A DNA stretch of 64,000 nt from Clostridia bacterium (GTDB lineage: Bacteria; Bacillota; Clostridia; UMGS1883; UMGS1540). This document shows positions 36,656 to 47,593 of this stretch, in pieces. Positions within the stretch are counted from its first letter, which is position 1. The number at the start of each line of letters is the position of its first letter. Location: contig JAFSYJ010000038.1 of assembly GCA_017450025.1 (NCBI GenBank), positions 24,403 to 88,402 on the forward strand. Reading direction: 5' to 3'. Below the pieces are notes generated by a model. That model did not search any database. It had not been told where the DNA came from and saw only the letters and a list, made by a program, of their open reading frames with translations. A program made the translations under genes and the position numbers.

Positions 36656-38197
36656 TTGCAGGACAATTGCTCAATAGAAATGCGGAATGTCTCAAAGACA
36701 TTCGGCAGGATTAAAGCAAATCAAGATGTTTCGCTGAAAATATACAAAGGTGAAATTTTATCCCTGCTCGGAGAAAACGGCTCGGGTAAAACAACGCTTA
36801 TGAATATGCTGTCAGGTATATATTTTCCTGATGAAGGTCAGATTTTTGTAAACGGTAAACCGGCTTCGATAACATCTCCAAAGGACGCATTGAAGCAGGG
36901 TATAGGAATGATACACCAGCATTTTAAACTGGTGAGCGTTTTATCCGCCGCGGAAAATGTTATACTTGGGCTCGACGGCTCGCTTATGCTGGATATGAAA
37001 GAGGTCAGCAGAAAAATCACCGAAATATGCGAGCGTTATCATTTTAATGTTGACCCTGACAAAAAAGTTTACGATATGTCGGTTTCAGAAAAACAGACGC
37101 TTGAAATTATAAAGGTATTGTACCGTGACGCCGATGTTTTGATTCTTGACGAGCCGACAGCCGTCTTAACGCCGCAGGAAACTGAAAGACTTTTTGATGT
37201 GCTGCGCGAGATGAGAAAAGACGGCAAGGCAATTGTAATTATAACGCACAAGCTGCATGAGGTTATGGAGCTTGCTGACAGAGTTGCGGTTTTGCGAAAG
37301 GGTAAATTTGTTGGCGAGCTTATGGTCAAGGACACAAACCCGCAGGAAATGACAAATATGATGGTTGGGCGTACTGTTATGCTCAACATTGACAGACCGG
37401 AGCCTGTTAACCCGACGGAAAGGCTTAATATTCAGGGGTTAACGGTTATAAACGAAGACGGTGTCAAAAAGCTTGACAATGTTTCGTTTACCGCTATGGG
37501 CGGTGAAATACTCGGTATTGCCGGCATTGCAGGCTCGGGGCAGAAGGAGCTGCTTGAAGCTGTTGCAGGACTTCAGCCGATTAAATCGGGTTCAATTATA
37601 TATACGCCTGAAAACGGCGAGTCGGAGGACTTGGTAGGAAAAACACCGATGCAGATAAAGAATGCAGGTGTTGCGCTCGCATTTGTGCCGGAGGACAGAC
37701 TTGGTATGGGTCTTGTCGGAGGAATGGGTATGACGGGCAATATGATGCTTCGCTCGTGGCAAAAAGGAAAGGGAATGTTTGTTCACAGAAGCGACCCCAC
37801 GGCTCTTGCAGAGGAGATAAAGGAAAAGCTTGAAGTCATGACGCCTGATATAAATTATCCCGTAAGGCGGCTTTCCGGCGGTAATGTTCAAAAGGTCCTT
37901 GTAGGCCGTGAAATTGCAACGGCTCCGTCGGTTATGATGAGTGCATATGCAGTACGCGGACTTGATATTAATACTTCTTATACGATATACAACCTTATGA
38001 CAACACAGAAAATGAAAGGCACGGCAGTAATATTTGTCGGCGAAGACCTCGATGTACTTCTTGAGCTGTGCGACAGGATTTTGGTTTTGTATGACGGCAA
38101 GGTTTCGGGAATAGTTGACGGCAGAACCGCAACAAAAGAACAAATCGGTCTTATGATGACCCGTTTTGAAGGCGAAGGGGGCGAAAAAAATGAATAA
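36656..38197 (+). CDS. ABC transporter ATP-binding protein with duplicated ATPase domains (nucleoside/sugar type)
   Basis: Two Walker A motifs (GENGSGKTT; GIAGSGQKE) and LSGG signatures; TTG start with an AAGGAAG RBS. Confidence 0.9.
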   Translation: MQDNCSIEMRNVSKTFGRIKANQDVSLKIYKGEILSLLGENGSGKTTLMNMLSGIYFPDEGQIFVNGKPASITSPKDALKQGIGMIHQHFKLVSVLSAAENVILGLDGSLMLDMKEVSRKITEICERYHFNVDPDKKVYDMSVSEKQTLEIIKVLYRDADVLILDEPTAVLTPQETERLFDVLREMRKDGKAIVIITHKLHEVMELADRVAVLRKGKFVGELMVKDTNPQEMTNMMVGRTVMLNIDRPEPVNPTERLNIQGLTVINEDGVKKLDNVSFTAMGGEILGIAGIAGSGQKELLEAVAGLQPIKSGSIIYTPENGESEDLVGKTPMQIKNAGVALAFVPEDRLGMGLVGGMGMTGNMMLRSWQKGKGMFVHRSDPTALAEEIKEKLEVMTPDINYPVRRLSGGNVQKVLVGREIATAPSVMMSAYAVRGLDINTSYTIYNLMTTQKMKGTAVIFVGEDLDVLLELCDRILVLYDGKVSGIVDGRTATKEQIGLMMTRFEGEGGEKNE

Positions 38198-39278
38198 AGT
38201 ACATACTCCTTTGTTTCACCTGACCAAGAGAACTAATCTATCGCGTTCAGGCGCATGGCTGATAAGGCTCGGGTCGTTTTTGGCGGCAATTATTATCGGA
38301 GGTCTGATTTTTGTATTGCTCGGACAAAATCCGTTTGAGGCGTACCAATCTATTATAACAGGCTCTCTCGGAAAGTCTGTGGCATTAAGGCAGACGATCA
38401 AAATTGCCGTACCGCTCCTCGGAACGGCAATAGCTATTGCACCGTGCTTTAAGATGCGATTTTGGAATATAGGGGCAGAAGGGCAAATTACAGCAGGTGC
38501 AATCGGCGCAACATTTTTTGCACTTAACTTTGCAGGAAAAATACCCTCTATGCCACTACTTTTATCAATGGGTATCGCAGGCGCTTTGTGCGGCGCGTTC
38601 TGGGCGTTGATACCTGCTGTTTTTAAGGCAAAGTGGGGAACAAACGAAACGCTGTTTACACTTATGATGAACTACATTGTCATAGGCTTTGTAAGATGGC
38701 TTCAGGGCGGCCCGTGGGAAGGCAAGCCGGGCAGTCAGATCATACCGAATTTTAATCCTGACGCTGTATTGCCGGAGGTTTTCCGTATTCATTGCGGCTG
38801 GATAATCGTTCTTGCTTTGACAATTTTTATGTATGTGTATATGAAGTATTCAAAGCACGGTTACGAAATTGCCGTTGTCGGAGAAAGCCACAACACTGCC
38901 AAATACGCAGGAATGAATGTTGCCAAAATTACGATACGCACAATGCTGCTTTCAGGCGCTATTTGCGGTCTGGTTGGGTTTATGGTAGCTTCGGGAGCAA
39001 ACAAAACACTGTATCACAATGTTGCTGACGGCGTTGGATTTACGGCTATCACAGTAGCATGGCTGGCACAGCTTAAACCGTTTGTTATGATTGTGATTTC
39101 GCTTTTGCTCGCTATTTTGGACAAGGGCTCGGGCGAATTACAAACAAGAATGGGAGTTCCGTCGTCTATATCGGATATTATAACCGGTGTTTTCCTGTTC
39201 TGTATGCTGGCAAGCGAGTTCTTTATAAATTACAGGATCATATTTACAAAATCTCATAAAAAGGAGGCCGCAAAATGA
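38190..39278 (+). CDS. ABC transporter permease
   Basis: Polytopic membrane protein; overlaps the ATPase stop. Confidence 0.85.
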   Translation: MNKVHTPLFHLTKRTNLSRSGAWLIRLGSFLAAIIIGGLIFVLLGQNPFEAYQSIITGSLGKSVALRQTIKIAVPLLGTAIAIAPCFKMRFWNIGAEGQITAGAIGATFFALNFAGKIPSMPLLLSMGIAGALCGAFWALIPAVFKAKWGTNETLFTLMMNYIVIGFVRWLQGGPWEGKPGSQIIPNFNPDAVLPEVFRIHCGWIIVLALTIFMYVYMKYSKHGYEIAVVGESHNTAKYAGMNVAKITIRTMLLSGAICGLVGFMVASGANKTLYHNVADGVGFTAITVAWLAQLKPFVMIVISLLLAILDKGSGELQTRMGVPSSISDIITGVFLFCMLASEFFINYRIIFTKSHKKEAAK

Positions 39279-40255
39279 ATACAATAGTTTCTTTGCTTTA
39301 CAATGCTGTCTTAAACGGCACGCCTCTTATGTTCGGTACTATGGGAGAAGTCCTCACGGAAAAGTCGGGTAACTTAAACCTCGGCGTTGAGGGTATGATG
39401 TATATGGGCGGCGCAATTGGACTTGCAGGTGCTTTTTACTACGAAAAGATGGCAGGGTCTGCCGCAAACGGCATCGTTGCTATTTTAATTGCTCTTTTGC
39501 TCGCTTTTATTGCAGGTGCAATCGGAGCTTTGATTTTCAGCTTTATTACGATTTCAATGCGCGCAAATCAAAATGTAACAGGCCTTGCGCTTACGATCTT
39601 CGGCACGGGCGTAGGACAGTTTATTGGCGAGTATATGCGTACAAAGGAAGGCGGATATGTTGTTGTCGGAAACGGACTTAAAAACTTTTTCCAGGCATCG
39701 CCGTTTCCAAAGGCGTTACAGGATATTCCCGTTGCAGGTAAACTGATTTTCGGACATAATATTTTTGTTTACCTGGGAATTATAATAGCGGTTATTATGG
39801 CGATTTATATGAACCGTACCAGATTTGGACTTAACTTGCGTGCTGTGGGAGAATCACCTGCAACGGCTGACGCCGCAGGAATAAATGTAACGCGTTACAA
39901 GTACCTTGCAACGGTTATCGGCGGTGGAATATCCGCTATCGGCGGTATGGTATATATTATGACTATTGCAGGCTGTGTATGGAATCACGAGGGGCTTGCA
40001 GGCGAAGGCTGGCTTGCGGTTGCGCTTGTTATATTCTGCCTCTGGAAGCCTATCAGCGCTATGTGGGGCTCAACGCTTTTCGGCGCGTTACTTATTATGT
40101 ATCTCCGAGTCAGATTGCCTATACCGAGCGAGATTTATAAGATACTGCCATATGTCGTAACGGTAGCTGTTTTGATTATTACGAGCCTTCGTAAAAAGAA
40201 GGAAAATCAACCGCCTGAAAGTCTTGGATTATCATACTTCAGAGAAGACCGGTGA
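39275..40255 (+). CDS. ABC transporter permease
   Basis: Polytopic; ATG overlaps the previous stop. Confidence 0.85.
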   Translation: MNTIVSLLYNAVLNGTPLMFGTMGEVLTEKSGNLNLGVEGMMYMGGAIGLAGAFYYEKMAGSAANGIVAILIALLLAFIAGAIGALIFSFITISMRANQNVTGLALTIFGTGVGQFIGEYMRTKEGGYVVVGNGLKNFFQASPFPKALQDIPVAGKLIFGHNIFVYLGIIIAVIMAIYMNRTRFGLNLRAVGESPATADAAGINVTRYKYLATVIGGGISAIGGMVYIMTIAGCVWNHEGLAGEGWLAVALVIFCLWKPISAMWGSTLFGALLIMYLRVRLPIPSEIYKILPYVVTVAVLIITSLRKKKENQPPESLGLSYFREDR

Positions 40256-40284
40256 GGCAGTAATACAACATAAATACAGGAACA

Positions 40285-40318
40285 AAAAACCCTTTGACAG
40301 CTTTGTCAAAGGGTTTTT
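40285..40318. terminator. bidirectional terminator
   Basis: AAAAACCCTTTGACA gc TTGTCAAAGGGTTTTT. Confidence 0.8.
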
Positions 40319-40328
40319 ATAGTTATGT

Positions 40329-41252
40329 TTACGGTCTTACAAGTGCAACCTCACCTGGTGTGCCGTCGGGAGCAAGAATAGTACCTATTGCATATTGCTT
40401 GCCTTCGTATTCGTAAAAGTAATTTATGTCCATGTAAGTATAACTTACCGAAACATGGAGAGCATCGTTTGCCCAATTACCCAAGTAATTTACCGGCGGT
40501 TGATTTGACATATCGGTTGTATAACCTAAATCGGGTTCATAGAATATATACGGTGTAACATTCATGGAAGCGCTGTCGCCGCCCTGATTCCAAATCTGGG
40601 CATTTTCTACATCCCAGCAATATGCGCCTCTTACTCTTTGCGGATCCCAAACGACAAGCATTTTCCAGCCGCCTTCAACAAGAGTGGGGTTAGTGATGGG
40701 AGCTGCGCCGTTAAGAAAACCGGGAGCGGCACCTGAACCTATTGAAGGCGTGTACCAATCAAAGGCTGCCAAATCGGGAAGTTCAGCAGTGGAAAAACCT
40801 GCAGCTATCTGCTGTGCTTCTTCAAATGTCATTTCGTGCGGTGCTTCGGGTTCCTGTTCGGCTTGCTCCTCTTCTTTTGTCTCTGTTTGTGATTGCTCTG
40901 TCTTAATGCTGTCGGCAGGCGTATCGTTTTTTCTGCCTAACAGAAGAACAGCAGCTACTGCCGCGGCGGCAATTAACACAACAATTACAATTACGAGAAT
41001 AATGATTGTTTTGCGTGCGCCGTTTGAAGAACGCTGAGCATTCGTTCCTCCTGCATATTGGCTGCCATACTGTGGGTTTGTAGCGTTCCATACATTTTGC
41101 ACAGGCTGTTGCTGTGTTGGCTGCTGTTGTATTGGCGGCTGCTGTGTTGGCTGTTGCTCCGCCTGCGGCTGTTCGTCTTCTACCGCCGCACCGCAAATTG
41201 TACAGAATTTTGCATTTTCATCAAGTTTGCTTCCGCAATTTTCGCAATACAT
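40329..41252 (-). CDS. zinc-ribbon membrane protein with a Gln/Pro-rich linker and an extracellular C-terminal domain
   Basis: MYCENCGSKLDENAKFCTICG zinc ribbon; QQPTQQ repeats; single TM helix; AAGGAGG RBS. Confidence 0.5.
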   Translation of the reverse strand: MYCENCGSKLDENAKFCTICGAAVEDEQPQAEQQPTQQPPIQQQPTQQQPVQNVWNATNPQYGSQYAGGTNAQRSSNGARKTIIILVIVIVVLIAAAAVAAVLLLGRKNDTPADSIKTEQSQTETKEEEQAEQEPEAPHEMTFEEAQQIAAGFSTAELPDLAAFDWYTPSIGSGAAPGFLNGAAPITNPTLVEGGWKMLVVWDPQRVRGAYCWDVENAQIWNQGGDSASMNVTPYIFYEPDLGYTTDMSNQPPVNYLGNWANDALHVSVSYTYMDINYFYEYEGKQYAIGTILAPDGTPGEVALVRP

Positions 41253-41290
41253 AATTTTCCTCCTTTTTATTTTAAATATCGCTTTTGCGA

Positions 41291-41941
41291 TTATTTTGTC
41301 ATTTTTTCTTGCTTTACTTTGTGGTCTATAACATGGCGTGAGGCAAGCTCGTCTATAATATCGTCACACGAGATACCAAGCTCCACCATTAAAACAAGGA
41401 TATGATATGCGAGGTCCGCAATTTCGTATATTGTCTCCTTTTTGTCCTCGGCCTTGCCTGCTATTATGACCTCTGTAGATTCTTCTCCGACCTTTTTAAG
41501 GATTTTATCGAGTCCCTTTTCAAAAAGGTATGTCGTGTATGAGCCTTCTTTTTTTTCTGTTTTTCTGCCTTCGATAAGCTTCATAAGATCACGGAGTGAA
41601 AATTCGGCGTTTTCATCACCCGTCAGGAAATCTCCGTCAAAGCATGAATCTGTACCCGTATGGCAGGCGGGACCTGCCTTTTTGACTATAACCGTCAACG
41701 CGTCGCGGTCGCAGTCAGGCTTGATCGCGATAACATTCTGAAAATTGCCCGATGTCTCGCCCTTTCGCCAAAGCTTTTGACGGGAGCGCGAGAAAAAGCA
41801 GGTTTTACCTTCTTTAAGCGTGATTTCAAGGCTTTCTCTGTTCATATAAGCGAGAGTGAGAACCTTTTTTGTATAAAAATCTACAACTATTGCAGGAATA
41901 AGACCTTTTTCGTCAAATTTAAGAGTATTTGGATCAATCAT
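41291..41941 (-). CDS. hisI: bifunctional phosphoribosyl-AMP cyclohydrolase / phosphoribosyl-ATP pyrophosphatase
   Basis: HisI domain (N-terminal) plus HisE domain (C-terminal). Confidence 0.9.
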   Translation of the reverse strand: MIDPNTLKFDEKGLIPAIVVDFYTKKVLTLAYMNRESLEITLKEGKTCFFSRSRQKLWRKGETSGNFQNVIAIKPDCDRDALTVIVKKAGPACHTGTDSCFDGDFLTGDENAEFSLRDLMKLIEGRKTEKKEGSYTTYLFEKGLDKILKKVGEESTEVIIAGKAEDKKETIYEIADLAYHILVLMVELGISCDDIIDELASRHVIDHKVKQEKMTK

Positions 41942-41942
41942 T

Positions 41943-42701
41943 TTACAACCTCACATTTATTTTATTCTGTTTCAAAACTTTTTTAAGTTCGGGGATTTGT
42001 ACTTCTCCAAAGTGGAATATAGAAGCCGCAAGTCCTGCGTCAACCTTGGGGAGAGTTTTAAAAAGCGTGACAAAATCCTCAATACAGCCTGCGCCGCCTG
42101 ACGCTATTACAGGCACGGAAACTATATCCGAAACGGCCTCAAGCATTTCAATATCAAAGCCGTTTTTGACGCCGTCTGTATCAATGCTGTTTAAAACTAT
42201 TTCGCCTGCGCCGTTTTCGACGCCTTGTTTTATCCATTCGAGCGCGTCGATGCCCGTGTTTTCGCGCCCGCCCTTGGCAAAAAGCGTAAAGCGTCCGTCA
42301 ACTCTTTTGACATCTGCGGAGAGAACAACGCATTGACTGCCGTACTTTTCAGCCGCCATTGGTATCAGGCTTGGATTTTTAATCGCGCCCGAATTGACGC
42401 TGACCTTATCTGCGCCGCATTTTAAAACGCGGTCAAAATCGTCAAGCGTGTTTATGCCGCCGCCGACCGTAAGAGGAATAAAAACCTTTGAGGCGGTCTC
42501 CTTAAGAATATCCGTAAAAATCGCTCTTCCGTCAGAGGACGCGGTAATATCGTAAAATACAAGTTCATCTGCGCCGCAGGAGGAATAAAACTGAGCCAAA
42601 TCTACGGGCGAGGATACATCATTTAAATTTTCAAAGTTTACACCTTTTACAACTCTGCCGTTTTTTACATCAAGGCAGGGAATAATTCTTTTTGTTATCA
42701 C
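41943..42701 (-). CDS. hisF: imidazole glycerol phosphate synthase cyclase subunit
   Basis: [16 protein letters not shown] motif; GTG start. Confidence 0.95.
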   Translation of the reverse strand: MITKRIIPCLDVKNGRVVKGVNFENLNDVSSPVDLAQFYSSCGADELVFYDITASSDGRAIFTDILKETASKVFIPLTVGGGINTLDDFDRVLKCGADKVSVNSGAIKNPSLIPMAAEKYGSQCVVLSADVKRVDGRFTLFAKGGRENTGIDALEWIKQGVENGAGEIVLNSIDTDGVKNGFDIEMLEAVSDIVSVPVIASGGAGCIEDFVTLFKTLPKVDAGLAASIFHFGEVQIPELKKVLKQNKINVRL

Positions 42702-43412
42702 CTATTGCACCTCCAACGCGGCGGAAAGGTCAACATTACCCGTGTAAAGAGCCTTACCGAGTATCGCGCCCCATACGCCTGCCGCTTTTACGGCGCGCAG
42801 GTCATCAAGTGTGCTGATTCCGCCTGAAGCAATAAAGTTAATGTCAAAGTGCGAGCAAAGCTCCTTATAAAGAGCGCGGTTTGTGCCCTGCATTGCTCCG
42901 TCTTTTGAAATGTCTGTGCAAATAACGGTTTTAACTCCTATGTCCTGTAATTTTTTGCAGAAATCCATATAATTTTCATCAGATGTGACAGTCCAGCCGT
43001 GCGTCGCGACCTTATCGCCCTTTATATCAACGCCGACAGCTATTTTATCGCCGTATTCGGAGACCGCTTGCTTTAAAAAGGCGGGATTTTTAACCGCCGC
43101 CGTGCCGATTATAACACGCGCCGCGCCTGCGGAGACATATTTTTCGACCGCATTCATATCACGGATTCCGCCGCCTATCTCAACGGACAGATTGGTATTT
43201 TTAATAATTTCGGCTATTTTATCATAATTTTCGTTGCCGCCCGAAAGCGCACCGTCAAGGTCAACGGTATGAAGATGCGATGCGCCCTTTTCCTCAAAGC
43301 TCTTGGCTACCGAGAGAGGGGAGTCGGAATATATATTTTCTTTGCCGTAGTCGCCGCGGAAAAGCCTGACAACATTGCCTCCGCGCAAATCTATTGCCGG
43401 CAAAATGTACAT
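42702..43412 (-). CDS. hisA: ProFAR isomerase
   Basis: ILPAIDLRGGNVVRL motif. Confidence 0.95.
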   Translation of the reverse strand: MYILPAIDLRGGNVVRLFRGDYGKENIYSDSPLSVAKSFEEKGASHLHTVDLDGALSGGNENYDKIAEIIKNTNLSVEIGGGIRDMNAVEKYVSAGAARVIIGTAAVKNPAFLKQAVSEYGDKIAVGVDIKGDKVATHGWTVTSDENYMDFCKKLQDIGVKTVICTDISKDGAMQGTNRALYKELCSHFDINFIASGGISTLDDLRAVKAAGVWGAILGKALYTGNVDLSAALEVQ

Positions 43413-43416
43413 ACGA

Positions 43417-44028
43417 TCAAGTCCTTTCGTAAAATGCTTTTAAAATGCCGAGACCGACATCGCCGCTTTTTTCAGGGTGGAACTGCGCGCCGTAGATATT
43501 CTCGTTTGCAACTGCCGCAGTAAGCGGCGCACCGTATTCTGTCATAGCTATAATATTTTCTTCAGGCGTGTCGGCATAAAATGAATGGACAAAATACACA
43601 AAGCTACCTTCGGGCGTGGTCTCAAACAGGCGGCTTTTATTCGGATATGTCAGAGAGTTCCAGCCGATATGCGGTATTTTAAAATCACTGGAAATAACAT
43701 CTGCAATCGGCTTTACGCTGCCTTTTATAAGTCCCAAACCCTCGTATTCTCCGTATTCGTAGCTTTTTTCAAACAAAAGCTGCATACCGAGGCATATACC
43801 AAGGAGCGGTTTGCCGTTATTGACTTCATTTTTAATAAGGTTGGCAAGACCTGTGTCAAAAAGTATTTTTGCCGCGTCACCAAACGCGCCGACGCCGGGC
43901 AAAACTATTTTGTCAGAGTTTTTTATTTTTTCAAAATCGCCCGTCAGCTCAACATCTGCGCCAATCGCCTTAAAGGACTGATACAGCGAAAATATATTGC
44001 CGACGCCGTAGTCAATTATCGTGATCAT
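43417..44028 (-). CDS. hisH: imidazole glycerol phosphate synthase glutaminase subunit
   Basis: Class I glutamine amidotransferase with the GICLGMQ catalytic-cysteine motif. Confidence 0.95.
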   Translation of the reverse strand: MITIIDYGVGNIFSLYQSFKAIGADVELTGDFEKIKNSDKIVLPGVGAFGDAAKILFDTGLANLIKNEVNNGKPLLGICLGMQLLFEKSYEYGEYEGLGLIKGSVKPIADVISSDFKIPHIGWNSLTYPNKSRLFETTPEGSFVYFVHSFYADTPEENIIAMTEYGAPLTAAVANENIYGAQFHPEKSGDVGLGILKAFYERT

Positions 44029-44615
44029 TATATGACTCCTTTGCTTGACGGGATTTCACCCGAAACTGTCAAATCCTGTTCAGACGCAGCCTTTAACACT
44101 CTGGCAAACGCTTTGAACATTCCCTCGATAATGTGATGCGTGTTTTTGCCGTCAAGCTGCTTTATGTGGAGCGTGATTTTGGACGCGCGCACAAATGCTT
44201 CAAAAAATTCTTCGGCAAGTTCGGTATCAAAATTACCTATCCTTTTTGCACGCAGATTTGCACTGTACGACAAATGCGCTCTGCCGCTTATATCAACCGC
44301 GCAGAGAACAAGAGCCTCGTCCATCGGCAGAATTATATCAGCGTAGCGCGCTATGCCGCGCTTGTCACCGAGAGAATGCAAAAATGCCGTGCCGAGCACG
44401 ATGCCGATATCCTCTGTCGTGTGATGCGCGTCAACCTGCATATCGCCGCGGCAGGTTAGCTTTAAGGAAAAGCGCGAGTGAGTGCAAAAAAGCGTCAGCA
44501 TATGGTCAAGAAAGCCGCAGCCTGTGTCGATTTCAGCGATACCCTTGCCGTCAGGTGTGAACTTTAAATAAATATCGGTTTCTTTGGTTTTTCTGGTAAT
44601 TTCTTGTTGAGTCAT
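44028..44615 (-). CDS. hisB: imidazoleglycerol-phosphate dehydratase
   Basis: HisB-like sequence throughout. Confidence 0.95.
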   Translation of the reverse strand: MTQQEITRKTKETDIYLKFTPDGKGIAEIDTGCGFLDHMLTLFCTHSRFSLKLTCRGDMQVDAHHTTEDIGIVLGTAFLHSLGDKRGIARYADIILPMDEALVLCAVDISGRAHLSYSANLRAKRIGNFDTELAEEFFEAFVRASKITLHIKQLDGKNTHHIIEGMFKAFARVLKAASEQDLTVSGEIPSSKGVI

Positions 44616-45673
44616 TTTTGTTCCTCCAGAATTTCAGAAATTTTTGCAATGAGAATATCTGTTTCCTCGCGTGTGCCGATTGTTATGCGGTTATAATCTG
44701 TTATCTTGGGGTCTGTGAAGTGGCGCACCAAAACGCCCTTTTCTTTAAGTGCGAGATAAAGCTCTTCGCCTGAAATATCAGGGTGCTTTGCAAAAATGAA
44801 GTTTGCATACGAATCTGTCATTGTAAAGCCGAGCTTTTTAAGCTGCAGTGCGGTATATGTGCGGTTTTTGATAATTTTGGCGCAGCATTCGTCAAAATAC
44901 GCTGTGTCCTTTATTGCACCGAGACCGAGAGCAAGCGTTGTGCGGTTGATATTATACGGATTTGTGGAAAATTTGATTTTTTCGAGGTCGCGTATAATTG
45001 CCGCGTCGGCAACGGCAAAGCCAAGCCTTGCTCCTGCAAGGGAGCGGGATTTTGAAAAAGTGCGCGAAACAATCAGGTTATCATATTTTTTTACAAGCGG
45101 TACGGCGCTTTTTCCACCGAAATCTATATACGCTTCATCTATTATTACGATTTTATCGGGGTTGGACTTAATAATTTCTTCTATATCGTTTAACGCAAGC
45201 AACATTCCCGTAGGAGCGTTTGGATTTGCGATAACTATGTGGGAATTTTTTGCAATGTAATCGTTTATGTCAATGGAAAAGTCCGTTTTAAGCGGTGCAA
45301 ATACGGACTTACAGCCATATAATTGTGCATAAACCTTATAAAATCCGTATGAAATCTCCGGAAATATAACGGGTAAACCCGAAAAAAACGCCATAAACGA
45401 GAACGACAAAACCTCGTCAGAGCCGTTGCCTATAAAAATATTGTCGAGATTTACTCCCATATTATCTGCAATAGCCTCTTTAAGCAGTTTACATTCCGGG
45501 TCGGGGTACAGGTTGGAATTTTCCGCTTCCGCTATTGCAAGCTCCAGTGCCTTTTTTGACGGATGGAAAGGGGATTCGTTTGTATTAAGCTTTACATATT
45601 TTTTGTCCCGTGGCTGTTCGCCGGGGGTGTATTCTTTAAGCCCTGCAAATTCGGACTTTAAAAATTTACTCAT
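44612..45673 (-). CDS. hisC: histidinol-phosphate aminotransferase
   Basis: Class II aminotransferase; start set at MSKF, which has a GAAGGTGA RBS. Confidence 0.9.
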   Translation of the reverse strand: MSKFLKSEFAGLKEYTPGEQPRDKKYVKLNTNESPFHPSKKALELAIAEAENSNLYPDPECKLLKEAIADNMGVNLDNIFIGNGSDEVLSFSFMAFFSGLPVIFPEISYGFYKVYAQLYGCKSVFAPLKTDFSIDINDYIAKNSHIVIANPNAPTGMLLALNDIEEIIKSNPDKIVIIDEAYIDFGGKSAVPLVKKYDNLIVSRTFSKSRSLAGARLGFAVADAAIIRDLEKIKFSTNPYNINRTTLALGLGAIKDTAYFDECCAKIIKNRTYTALQLKKLGFTMTDSYANFIFAKHPDISGEELYLALKEKGVLVRHFTDPKITDYNRITIGTREETDILIAKISEILEEQK

Positions 45674-46949
45674 TCGGTTCACCTTCAAAGCGGATCGACG
45701 CGCTTTTTGCGTGCGCGGTCAAGCCTTCTTTTTTTGCAAAATAATCAATTTTTTTATATACCTTTTCAAGAGCGTCGTCTGTGTAATACATATACGACGA
45801 CTTCTTTACAAAATCATCAACGGAAAGCGGACTTGCAAAGCGCGCCGTGCCGTTTGTAGGCAGAGTGTGGTTTGTGCCTGCAAAGTAGTCGCCGAGAGCC
45901 TCGGGGCAATATTTGCCGAGGAAAACGGAGCCTGCGTTACGGATTTGGGGCAAAAGCTCAAAAGGCTCGTCAACGCACAGTTCAAGATGTTCGGGGGCGA
46001 TTTCGTTTGCCGCCTGTGTCGCTTCTTCCATCGTGTTTGTAAGCAATATCATTGAGTATGTATTGACAGACGCTTCGGCGATTTCGCGCCTCGGCAAAAG
46101 CGCAAGCTGACGCTCGATCTCAAGGGCGGTTTTTTCTGCAAGAGACTGGCTTGTGGTTATCAGTATAGCTGCTGCCATTTTATCATGTTCCGCCTGAGAC
46201 AGCAAATCGGCCGCCACAAATGCGGGGTTTGCGGTTTCGTCAGCAATTATGAGGATCTCGCTCGGTCCTGCAATCATATCTATACTTACATTACCGAAAA
46301 CCTGTCTTTTGGCTTCGGCAACATACATATTGCCGGGGCCCACTATTTTATCTACGCGCTTTATAGACTCTGTGCCGTAGCATAAAGCAGCAATAGCCGC
46401 AGCGCCGCCTGTTTTATAAATTTCGGTCACGCCTGCGATATGCGCTGCAGCCAGAACATCAGGGTTTACAGAGCCGTCGGAACGGGGAGGGGTTACCATT
46501 GCGATTTCTTTGACACCTGCAATTTTTGCGGGTATCGCGTCCATCAGAACTGTTGACGGATACGCCGCCGTTCCGCCCGGAACATACAGTCCTACTCTCT
46601 CAAGCGGCATTATGCGCTGTCCGAGAGTTATTCCGCTTTTTTCTATTTTATATCCCTGTCGGAGCTGCATCTTATGATATTCTCTTATGTTTTCTGCGGC
46701 TTCTGTTAAGATTTCTATAAATACGGGGTCGGATTCTGACACGGATTTATCTATTTCTTCCTGCGAGACGCGCAGTGAGGTAAGGTGGGCACGGTCAAAT
46801 TTTTCTCCGTATTTTAATAAAGCATTATCGCCGTTTTTTATAACATCGTCTATTATGTCTTTTACCACGCCGCTGACATCAACGGTTTCGGGAGAGCGCT
46901 TAAGAACATCAGACGGAGTTATATCGCGGAGATTTTTTATTTTTATCAT
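45666..46949 (-). CDS. hisD: histidinol dehydrogenase
   Basis: HisD-like sequence throughout. Confidence 0.95.
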   Translation of the reverse strand: MIKIKNLRDITPSDVLKRSPETVDVSGVVKDIIDDVIKNGDNALLKYGEKFDRAHLTSLRVSQEEIDKSVSESDPVFIEILTEAAENIREYHKMQLRQGYKIEKSGITLGQRIMPLERVGLYVPGGTAAYPSTVLMDAIPAKIAGVKEIAMVTPPRSDGSVNPDVLAAAHIAGVTEIYKTGGAAAIAALCYGTESIKRVDKIVGPGNMYVAEAKRQVFGNVSIDMIAGPSEILIIADETANPAFVAADLLSQAEHDKMAAAILITTSQSLAEKTALEIERQLALLPRREIAEASVNTYSMILLTNTMEEATQAANEIAPEHLELCVDEPFELLPQIRNAGSVFLGKYCPEALGDYFAGTNHTLPTNGTARFASPLSVDDFVKKSSYMYYTDDALEKVYKKIDYFAKKEGLTAHAKSASIRFEGEPNE

Positions 46950-47593
46950 TGAACTTCTCCTTTAGCATCACATAGCAAGCTGAGCTTTTCTGTCATTTTC
47001 TGGATTTCTTTTGTCTTAAATTTGAAAGAGGACTTATTTGCAACGAATCTTGCGCTGATAGTTACTATATCCTCGACAACCTCAAGGTTATTTGCATAAA
47101 GAGTTTTGCCTGTTTCCACGATATCGACGATGACATCGGAAAGTCCGAGAATAGGCGCAAGCTCAATTGAACCGTTAAGCTTTATAATATCTATATCTCT
47201 GCCGAGATTGGCATAGTAATTTTTTGCAATATTCGGGAACTTTGTTGCAACGCGGAGCGTTTTATCAAGAGGAAAATGCGCTCCCTTTTTGGAGGCAATT
47301 GCCATACGGCATTTGCCTATGCCGAGGTTTAAAAGCTCATAAATATCAGGCTTGGATTCGAGCAGAATATCAAGCCCGACAATGCCGACATCAGCCGCCT
47401 GCTTTTCGACATAAATCGAAACATCGGAGGGCTTTACCCAAAAGTATCTTACGCGCGTTTCAGAGTTTTCAAAAATAAGCTTTCTGCCCGGATTTTTTAT
47501 TTCGGGACAGGCGTATCCTGCTTCTTCCAAAAGGTTATACGCATTTTCTCCGAGCCTGCCTTTCGGAAGGGCAATATTTATATAGTTATCCAT
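46946..47593 (-). CDS. hisG: ATP phosphoribosyltransferase, short form
   Basis: Short HisG of about 215 aa, the form that needs HisZ; start MDNYINIALPKGRL with an AGAGGAAG RBS. Confidence 0.9.
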   Translation of the reverse strand: MDNYINIALPKGRLGENAYNLLEEAGYACPEIKNPGRKLIFENSETRVRYFWVKPSDVSIYVEKQAADVGIVGLDILLESKPDIYELLNLGIGKCRMAIASKKGAHFPLDKTLRVATKFPNIAKNYYANLGRDIDIIKLNGSIELAPILGLSDVIVDIVETGKTLYANNLEVVEDIVTISARFVANKSSFKFKTKEIQKMTEKLSLLCDAKGEVQ

